NCBI GenBank assembly: GCA_024346625.1
Contig: AP024664.1
Location: 2,728,001 to 2,792,000 of the forward strand
Source: Williopsis jadinii
Taxonomy: Eukaryota
DNA length: 64,000 nt
Reading direction: 5' to 3'
In this document: one piece after another, positions 56,110 to 64,000 of the stretch
Layout: each line of letters begins with the position of its first letter
Numbering within the stretch: the first letter of the stretch is position 1
Translations under genes and position numbers: made by a program
Notes under the pieces: model-generated
What the model was told of the DNA's origin: nothing
Databases searched by the model: none
What the model saw: only the letters and a program-made list of their open reading frames with translations

Positions 56110-56999
56110 TCATAGATCCAAGTTGCGAGATTTGGCATAGTTGAATCTCTCTGGATCCTTCCCCACGGAGTAGATTGGAGGAGAGGACGTAGAGTTGATA
56201 GAACTTGTGGAGCCTCTCCGCGCAACGTTTCTTGTCTTAACAGTTGATGGGCTCTTCGATTTGACTGAGCCAACATCTGTGAGTGAACTGCTTGTGCCAT
56301 CTTGAGCCTGTGGTATGAGATTGAGTGAGACCTTCATGATGTTGGCGCGTCCCTTCTCCTCGAGGTGTTTCTCCAATATCAATGCGTTTCTCGAGTTGGC
56401 CTTGTACATCACCTCAACAAAGTTACCCAAAATTGGGATTAACCCAATCAGAAAGTCTAGCAGGATGTTGAACAAGAACTTTGCCTGGACGATGAGAGGT
56501 AGACCTCCATCAACATCCAATGAAGATTTGAACAACATCAGGGAACAAATCACACCAAATATATCTCCAACGACTGGGATGATACCAACAACACCGTTCC
56601 ATCCTACACGATACCCAAAGATGTTGAATTGCATGTCCAGATGGTATGCCCTTCTCATGACTTGCTTCAAGACATTCTCATCGTTCTGCGATAACCCCTG
56701 TGGCACTGTTCTTGGTCTCTTCTTGGTCTTTATAGTCGTCGCACCGCTGAACATTGAGTGTTGTTCAACCTCATACTATCTAGGTGGTTAGTACATGGCA
56801 TTCAGCAAGCTCACAGCAATTACTCACCTCTTCATAGTAGGGGTCCTCGGTTCCAAATTTGTTCCACTGTGTCTCTCTAAACACCTTCATAGTGGCACAT
56901 GAGCCGTGTTAGCATCCGTTACATATTGAAGCCATGGCTCAATACACTCACTCTTTGCGTGATATACTTCAACCCCCAGTTAACCAAAAACATTTTCAT
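56110..56999 (-). CDS. DUF4112-family membrane protein (256 aa, 3 exons)
   Basis: Exons 56999-56952, 56884-56828, 56775-56110; introns GTGAGT..TGCTAAC..AAG and GTGAGT..TACTAAC..TAG restore FGTEDPYYEE; GIIPVVGD, GLIPILGN, YKANSRN motifs. Confidence 0.85.
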
Positions 57000-57375
57000 A
57001 CAAATGACAACCAAATTCACATAGACTGATAAATCTAGTGGGATTAACTGAATTTATACCTTCAAATCATATAAGCTTGCTCAGTGGTGTACCGCCCACC
57101 TGCATAGAATTTTACATGACGTGGACTTGTGCAGAGCTGCGGGAGTGAAATAGCAACCTAAGCAATCACTTGCGTTAACGGTATAGAGAATAATAACAAG
57201 CAATTAGTGAAATACACGATTGTTATACACCACAAGTTCAACGGGACACAGCCGGTACACTGTGCTACGCACTGAATCAATAACACATCAACAATAAGAA
57301 AAAACACATATAAGAATGATATACAAAAAAGGGGGGTGAGATAAACGTCAGAGAAGAAGAAATCATTGGACTTCA

Positions 57376-58018
57376 TCAATCCTTCTTCACCAAGTTGGCT
57401 CTGTTACCGTAAAGGGAAGCAGGCGCTGGAATGTCAGGTTGATCGATCAACTTGGCTTGGACAGCCAGGACATAGTCTCTGAGTTCGATGTTATCCTGTT
57501 TCAGACTTTCAATGGTGGCCTTCAATGCATCTACTTCTCTGGCTTTCTCCTCCAATTCCTTGATGTATTTATCCTTGCGTTCCCTGAAAGCTCTCTGAGC
57601 AATTCTGTTTTGTTTAGCTCTTTTAGTGTCCGTCAGCGGCTTTCCATGGCGGCTGAGTGGTGGACCATCTGTACGAGACTCTTCGTGCTTCAAATCCTGT
57701 TGTTGTTGTTGCTGTTGTTGTTGTTGATCCTGTTGAGCAGCCACTACAGCTGCGGCTTCCACTTCAGCGTCAGCTTCTCTGGTCGCGTTGTCATTAGAAA
57801 CAGCAACAGCCGCAGCAGCAACGTCGAACGATTCGGCAGAAGCCTCTTGGGTACTCTGTTGTAATAACTCAGCTTGTTTACTGAAACTTGGGTCAATGTG
57901 GGAATCCATGTCTGTTTAGATGAGAGAGCGTCAGTATGAATCAGTAGCAGCCTTATATAACATAATACTCACTTGCGGATTTCTTATTGTTCCAGGTGGC
58001 GTAATCGTTCGGGCTCAT
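57376..58018 (-). CDS. bZIP transcription factor, KapC/Yap-like (2 coding exons)
   Basis: Exon 58018-57973, intron 57972-57912 (GTGAGT..TACTGAC..CAG) in frame; KRAKQNRIAQRAFRERK basic region, zipper ending LRDYVLAVQAKL; polyQ. Confidence 0.85.
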
Positions 58019-58019
58019 C

Positions 58020-58408
58020 CTTTGTTTACAATCGTTAGTATCCAGTTCGCCTCGGTGGTTGAAAACGACTGTGGCTTATAAACACAGAGAGCCCCATAGT
58101 TCAACATCATATGGAGCGTAAGCCTTAGAATGGTTCACAAGTTTATATTGTTTGGCTTCATCCTCGTAGCGCATTATACGCGCGGCACAAGTCTTTGTTC
58201 ATTTCGTGCCCCAGTTGACACATATTTTGTATTTGAAGTTACCTCCCCCTGCCCAAATCAGTTGTTTTGATGGCTTAGCTAATGGAGATTTGGTCTGAAA
58301 TTGGGGTAAACACAACAAAAACACAGTGACGGGGGTATCTTAATTCACCAAAACACATGCAATAACGTTCTAGAGACTCAGTGCTTTACAACTATTCCAT
58401 TAACTTAC
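58020..58408 (-). other. Predicted 5'-UTR intron of the bZIP gene
   Basis: GTAAGT at 58408, TACTAAC 58040-58034, AAG acceptor at 58020 one base before the ATG; TATAAA near 58510. Confidence 0.6.
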
Positions 58409-58905
58409 GTATATAGTAACCTTTATTGCGTTCAATGGCTCTTTTAGTGGTAGTTTTACAACTAATGATGTTTTGTCAGCAATGAAGATTTTTTTAGCTG
58501 TTGATTTATAAACTCTGACAAAGCAACCACCGCGAAAGAGCGGCCGGATTTCTTTAATTCCGGTGACATGGATCACGTGTGTTGAATCAAGGTCACACCT
58601 GAACACCACGTATAGACCCCAGGCTGCCGCATAGGGTACTGTATTATTTTAACTAGTTACTAACTTCCAACTGGTTGGGTTTGTCTTAGTATTCAGGGAC
58701 CAGTTGTCTTGTTGATGAGCTTGTCAATTGTCCCACGTTATTGGATCGCATAAAGCAGCGCAGAGAGGAAGGAAAACAGAAGATTCCACTGAGGTGGAAA
58801 AAAGGAAACAATCTCTAAGAGAAAAGCCACGATAATGTGAAAGAGCTGTGGTATTTATTGAGGCTCCCATTCCGGTTCTTTCACCAGTGCTCGAGCATAA
58901 GCAAT

Positions 58906-61900
58906 TCATCTGTATATATTCATAGTACCAGTCCGGTCAACCGAGATTATCATTTCAAACGGTTTGAGCACCACAGCAATATCTGTGATCACATCATGAT
59001 GTCTCTTTATCAGTGTTTCTTGTTCATTGTTCATCAACCCTCTCTGTGATTTCTTCTTCTTCTTTACAGATTCCGTTTCAGACTCCGTGAGATACCTCTC
59101 AGATATTATTCGTGTGTGTGAGCTTATCTGAGATACGGTAAATCCGGCTCGGTTCTCAGATCCATCAACTAATACCTTTGAGTTCACTGGATCGTGAACA
59201 TTCCATAGTAGCAAATCGAAATTGGAAGCAGCAGTTATGATCCATAGCCTTTTCTTCATTTCCAGCTGGTTATCAACAACCTTCAATGCCGTCAGTGACT
59301 TGTTTGGATAATCCACACTTATCGAACTAACTTCATTCGTTAGCGTTTCCATTGATAGTCCATCAGCGTCTTCAGGTACTAATCTATCCAAGGCGTTCCC
59401 ACCGTTTGAATCCGTGAATATCTCTCTGAACATGCCAGTGCTCACATCGAATATATTGGCATCAGCGTCACCAGATCCGCCAATTATGCTCACAAAACGC
59501 CCCTTCTTGCGGTTAAGATGATAGTCATTAGAGAGAACAGCAACTTTGTTAATAGGATAACCTTTCTTGAATCTCCAAGACTTCAAGTGAAGCTGAAATC
59601 TTACATCCCAGAGGTTCAAAACTCCCTTAGAAGTACCAACAATCAGCCAGCTGTCGTCATGTGATATTGCAAACGTTCTAATGACTCCATGCAATGGATT
59701 GTTCTGTAGTTTCACAACACAGTCCATATTTCTTATATCAATGATAATGATTTGTGACAATGAGGTTACCACATAAAGCATGTGGTTTTGCTCCTTAAAT
59801 CCAAAAGCTAAATCAAGTGCAAACTGATCTTCTTCGAGTTTTGTCTCTCTAATAACGGTCACTCCTTCAACAAGCACAGGTTTTTTGGACTTGTTGAAAT
59901 TGACCGACATTATCTTCAACGAACCATCTTTTGTAGCAACACCAAAGCAGTGATAGTTGTTAAGAAATTTCACTTTGGTGATTGCTGAGTCTAGTTCCAC
60001 TGACATTACTGAGGAATAAGATACACATCTCTCCAGTCTGGATGTGTCCCAAAACTTCAACACACCCAAATCATCACCAGTAATGAAATAAGAATGATCC
60101 GGAGATACATCTATGGAATTTATGCTAGCCTTATGCTCTCTCAAATGTGCAACAAGACTACCTGTTGGTGCCCAAAACTTGGAAGAGTTCACAACCACGG
60201 TATTCTCAGAGTGGGAGAACTCTGGAAATTCCTCAAGTGAGGGTTCTAATGTGACCGTGTTTAGGTAACGAATAACATATGGGTCTTTCCCAGTGTAACT
60301 ATTGGTGACAACAGAAGTTAGTACATTATTAGACGTAAGCTTCTGTGCGTGGGAAGATGTCCTTCTCTTCTTCTGGAAGGAGGATTCTAATTCACCGTAT
60401 GCGTTTTGTTCGTTTGCCATTGTAGATGGGGCTGATTTGTGGGGCCCTAAGATCAAAGAACGTGTCATATCTTCTGAAGGTTCAGGGGTGATCTGCAGCG
60501 TCCTCTCATCGGCTTGAGAGTCATCATCATCATTCACACCAAAGCTTTGTGAAACGAGGCGATCATCGGATGTGGAGAACGTCTCTTCAATAGTTGTTTG
60601 TACAAATGGTTCGCTATGAACCTTCGCATCGAAGAAGATGTTTCTAGGAAGAATACCCAGTGATTGGATTTGAATGCATTGACCTTCAAAATCGTCTCGA
60701 CTGGCCCTTGAGCTCATACGAGAAAGTCGGAAAATATATTCACGAAGCTCAGTAATCTTCCAAAGTTCATTCTCAGATAAGCCCGATGATTTAAGTCTCT
60801 CAATCCAAGTTTTATCCTCATCTGTCAATGGAATCTCCATGTTACCATAGATAATTGACTCTGTTGTTTGTCTCTTGGATCCGTTCAAAGTTGACACAGG
60901 GTGACTCATGAAATCGAGACCTCTGTTACCAAATATGTCAACAAGTGAACTCTTAGCCTGTTTCCAAAAGAACGTCTTATCTGCCCGAAGCGACCATGTG
61001 CATGCCAGATTGTAAACTGGACGACTCAGGGGCCTTTTACAGACGAGGTATAACGTATCCCATGAGAAATCAGTAACATCATACTCAATATACGGCCTGA
61101 TGATTGGGTACAACATACAATAAAGATCTGCAAGTGATAAAGAGTCTGCAACTGTAACGATGAGGGAGATTGCAGCTTGTCTTATCCATTCATTGGGGTG
61201 TAACAAAAGCTTCGATATGGTGGTGAACAGATCCCAAATGACATCTCTTCGAATCAAACCAAGCTTCGCTAATTCATTGCAAATCTGTAAAATTTTGATC
61301 ACAACCAGCTCTTCAGGATCTGAGAGTGTTTGGACAAGAAGGGGCATTATGTAGTGTTCCAGACTGACTATCCCCACATAGATAGAGATTCCCACGACTG
61401 CTTCGACAAATGCCAGTCTGAGTTGAGAGTCTTTGTCGTTAAGATATGTAATCAAATGACCCAAAATAAGATCGTTGGTTCTCTCTTTTCCAAAAAATGC
61501 ACATAATGGAAGAATGTTTCTCAACAGAGCAACCTTAACAGCTGTATCTGTATCTGTGAGAACCGATATACTAAACGTTTCGAAATCAGCTTGCAGTGCC
61601 TCTTTAGAGATGTCGAATATTCCCGTTGGTGAGACTCCACCATTCTCAGTTTGGGGATCCACAAATGTTTCTAGGACATTGTTCTTCAAGATCATTGCCA
61701 TGTGATAAAACTTCAGAGATACCTGTGCCAGATACGGCAAACAACTGGCGAATACCATTCGCACGTATGGAACAGCTGATGAAAGTAACCTCGAGACTCG
61801 TGGCAAGACGTAATCACCAAAGAGAGTAATGTTCACCGTCCCAATTGAGTCCACTAGCAATAACATTTGAGTCATAACCTTGAGGGCCTTTGCTTGGACG

Positions 61901-63252
61901 TTGATCGAATCGTCTTCAAACAGTGAAATAATATATGGCAAGCATCTATCTAGTTTCCCCTCATCATGTATACGCTCTGAGAGAGCTAAAATGAGTTCCA
62001 ACCCTTGAATCTTTGATGTTTCTCTTCGAACGTTCCTCAGTGCTGTGAATATCAAACTCAAGATCACCAAAGCCGAATCATCGGTTTGTTCGAATTTGGA
62101 TGTCGACAACATGTTGTAAGTTTTGGGAACCCCTGATAGAGAAAGCCGTATTGGTGTGAGCTCTCCTCTCTGTAGTCGTATCTCATCGTCCTCAGTGGTT
62201 TCAGATTCAGGATACGTATAACCAAGGAAATATGCAATCTTATCATAATCGTTGTACAGGCGGGAAATTCTTGAATCACATTCGAAGATATTGCCGACAG
62301 AGTTATACGGGATCTCCTCGTTGAAACTTTTGAAGTACTCATAGATGAAACTGTAGAAATTGGTAGGGAAGATCGAGCCTTTGTACGTTTCTAGATAGTC
62401 CCTTGCGTTCAATCTTTTCTTAGGATCCAACTGGATCATACTGTTGATCAAGTCACGCAATTTCTCATCCTGAATCGCCGAAAGATCAGGCTCAAACTCG
62501 CCTTTTCTGTATTTGTATAGTTGTGACAGAGTGAAGATTGGCCTTCCTTCAAGAAATATCTCTGCGATAACACACCCCATACTAAAGATATCCATCTCCT
62601 TTGTCACTAAAGCCTTATTATCCAACGGCATTGAATTTCCTTGATTTATGAATCTTTCAGGTGCCAAGTAGCATGTTCTTCTCTGTGATGTGTCAAAATA
62701 GAATGAAAAGCTACCTGGATTCTCCTCAGGGAGATAAACAGGTTTGAAAGGTGCAAAATCACTGAGTAGTGTCCAATTCCACGACGTGACCAGTATGTTC
62801 TCAGTCTTGATATCACCATGTACAACACCGCGCTCGTGGCATTCGCTCAGCGTATTCAGTAGCTGAAAGGCAATCCATCTCTTCTCAATGTCTTCCAGGA
62901 ATGGTCTTGTACTGATTCTGTCGTACGCATTGGTCTTGATAAACTGACGAATCAGATATCCAGCACGATCAGTCTCGATTATCTTTGCATACGAGAGCAC
63001 TGATGGAACATCGGCTAGTTTTTGCTTATAGCTCTGCAGTACTTTCCTCCAATGACCAAGAGGGAACTCCTCACTAGGTTTGATAAACACCTTCACCACT
63101 ATAGCACCGTCCGGGTCCTGCGCCTTAACAGTCTTCAAAAACCGTGAAGTTCCTATAGGTCTACTGTAATGAATCTCATCAAGAACGTCAACGTAGGCTG
63201 AAACAGCAATTGATTGTCCAGTTGGTGCCAACAGCGACAACTGAGCTCCCAT
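58906..63252 (-). CDS. VPS15: PI3K regulatory kinase Vps15
   Basis: MGAQLSLLAP myristoylation start, HGDIKTEN, DFAPFKP, YLAPE, HEAT and WD40 regions. Confidence 0.98.
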   Translation of the reverse strand: MGAQLSLLAPTGQSIAVSAYVDVLDEIHYSRPIGTSRFLKTVKAQDPDGAIVVKVFIKPSEEFPLGHWRKVLQSYKQKLADVPSVLSYAKIIETDRAGYLIRQFIKTNAYDRISTRPFLEDIEKRWIAFQLLNTLSECHERGVVHGDIKTENILVTSWNWTLLSDFAPFKPVYLPEENPGSFSFYFDTSQRRTCYLAPERFINQGNSMPLDNKALVTKEMDIFSMGCVIAEIFLEGRPIFTLSQLYKYRKGEFEPDLSAIQDEKLRDLINSMIQLDPKKRLNARDYLETYKGSIFPTNFYSFIYEYFKSFNEEIPYNSVGNIFECDSRISRLYNDYDKIAYFLGYTYPESETTEDDEIRLQRGELTPIRLSLSGVPKTYNMLSTSKFEQTDDSALVILSLIFTALRNVRRETSKIQGLELILALSERIHDEGKLDRCLPYIISLFEDDSINVQAKALKVMTQMLLLVDSIGTVNITLFGDYVLPRVSRLLSSAVPYVRMVFASCLPYLAQVSLKFYHMAMILKNNVLETFVDPQTENGGVSPTGIFDISKEALQADFETFSISVLTDTDTAVKVALLRNILPLCAFFGKERTNDLILGHLITYLNDKDSQLRLAFVEAVVGISIYVGIVSLEHYIMPLLVQTLSDPEELVVIKILQICNELAKLGLIRRDVIWDLFTTISKLLLHPNEWIRQAAISLIVTVADSLSLADLYCMLYPIIRPYIEYDVTDFSWDTLYLVCKRPLSRPVYNLACTWSLRADKTFFWKQAKSSLVDIFGNRGLDFMSHPVSTLNGSKRQTTESIIYGNMEIPLTDEDKTWIERLKSSGLSENELWKITELREYIFRLSRMSSRASRDDFEGQCIQIQSLGILPRNIFFDAKVHSEPFVQTTIEETFSTSDDRLVSQSFGVNDDDDSQADERTLQITPEPSEDMTRSLILGPHKSAPSTMANEQNAYGELESSFQKKRRTSSHAQKLTSNNVLTSVVTNSYTGKDPYVIRYLNTVTLEPSLEEFPEFSHSENTVVVNSSKFWAPTGSLVAHLREHKASINSIDVSPDHSYFITGDDLGVLKFWDTSRLERCVSYSSVMSVELDSAITKVKFLNNYHCFGVATKDGSLKIMSVNFNKSKKPVLVEGVTVIRETKLEEDQFALDLAFGFKEQNHMLYVVTSLSQIIIIDIRNMDCVVKLQNNPLHGVIRTFAISHDDSWLIVGTSKGVLNLWDVRFQLHLKSWRFKKGYPINKVAVLSNDYHLNRKKGRFVSIIGGSGDADANIFDVSTGMFREIFTDSNGGNALDRLVPEDADGLSMETLTNEVSSISVDYPNKSLTALKVVDNQLEMKKRLWIITAASNFDLLLWNVHDPVNSKVLVDGSENRAGFTVSQISSHTRIISERYLTESETESVKKKKKSQRGLMNNEQETLIKRHHDVITDIAVVLKPFEMIISVDRTGTMNIYR

Positions 63253-63454
63253 AACTGGCTCTTCTACTCTTCGCTGTTTTTATCAATCGCCTTTTCCCTC
63301 AGCCAATGCGAAACACAGTGCTACAAGCCATTGAGAACTTTGGCATTTTTCTTTTGGCGTTGGTGTTTGGATTTTTATTGCTATGGTTGCATTTGTTTAT
63401 ATTTTGTTGCCATTTCCCAAAAACTTTCTAGATAAGTAGAACTAGTTACCTTTG

Positions 63455-64000
63455 TTAGCTGAGAGACCCCAATCTCGCTTGTTTAAACAGTTCAACTTCT
63501 TCGTGAATTAAGATCTTGTAGTCATTAAAGGTCTTTGCAGTGTTCTCAAACTGGAAATCGAAAACTTGGGGTGTGATTGGCTCATCTGATGGGTCCCTTA
63601 CCATTCTCAAGAACCTATGTGAAATCAGTTCATGAACATTATACCTCTCGTTGGAATCCCAACAAATCAATTTAGACATGAGGTCATGAGCATTCTCTGA
63701 TGCAAATGGATAAACATCACTCCATGCCATTGGCTGGAATTGTGGGCTTGGTGGACTGAACAAATTCCACGCTGCACTACTACCATATCTTAAAATTATT
63801 TCCCTAGATGGTGTGCCCAAGACTTTCAATATCTCTGTGGATTGATGGATTTGATCATTACCCATGAAGAGGGGCTTTCTACCGTATAGTTCACCAAGTA
63901 TACATCCAACTGACCAGAGATCAACCAGTTTGGAATAGTTTCTTCTGCTCAAGAGGAGCTCTGGAGCTCTATACCACCTAGTGGCAACGTAATTTGTTAT
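63455..64000 (-). CDS. SMK1: Sporulation MAP kinase Smk1, 3' part; starts outside the window
   Basis: Frame extends to the edge: ITNYVATRWYRAPELLLS; the T-N-Y activation motif is characteristic of Smk1. Confidence 0.88.
   Translation of the reverse strand: MTNYVATRWYRAPELLLSRRNYSKLVDLWSVGCILGELYGRKPLFMGNDQIHQSTEILKVLGTPSREIILRYGSSAAWNLFSPPSPQFQPMAWSDVYPFASENAHDLMSKLICWDSNERYNVHELISHRFLRMVRDPSDEPITPQVFDFQFENTAKTFNDYKILIHEEVELFKQARLGSLS

Overview
Nuclear chromosome segment of a pre-WGD budding yeast (Saccharomycotina). CTG occupies conserved Leu positions in DBP5, so the standard code applies; a Phaffomycetaceae-like lineage is an inference only. About 30 protein genes lie in blocks syntenic with S. 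cerevisiae: STD1/MTH1-DBP5-PMP3-TOM6-BSC2/IRC23-snR62, RNT1-CUS1, FAR3-STB2-STV1, SAM35-STE12, SHE4-AKR and POL2-YIF1. There are two tRNAs. Several small or intron-split genes are missed or mis-started by the ORF track: PMP3, TOM6, a BSC2-like gene, an HSBP1-like gene, STV1, a DUF4112 gene and a KapC-like bZIP. Main discoveries: (1) an ORF-free, highly structured minus-strand locus at ~23230-23990 with telomerase-RNA-like architecture, predicting a 15-bp telomeric repeat GGATGTGACATGTTA; (2) a box C/D snR62 inside a ~580-nt structured intron of an essentially non-coding host transcript; (3) a decaying sulfur-scavenging module made of an intact AstA/Soa1-like transporter and a divergent JLP1/TauD pseudogene, sharing a promoter rich in Met31/32-type motifs. 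All calls were made by eye, and homologies are from memory of the families, not database searches.
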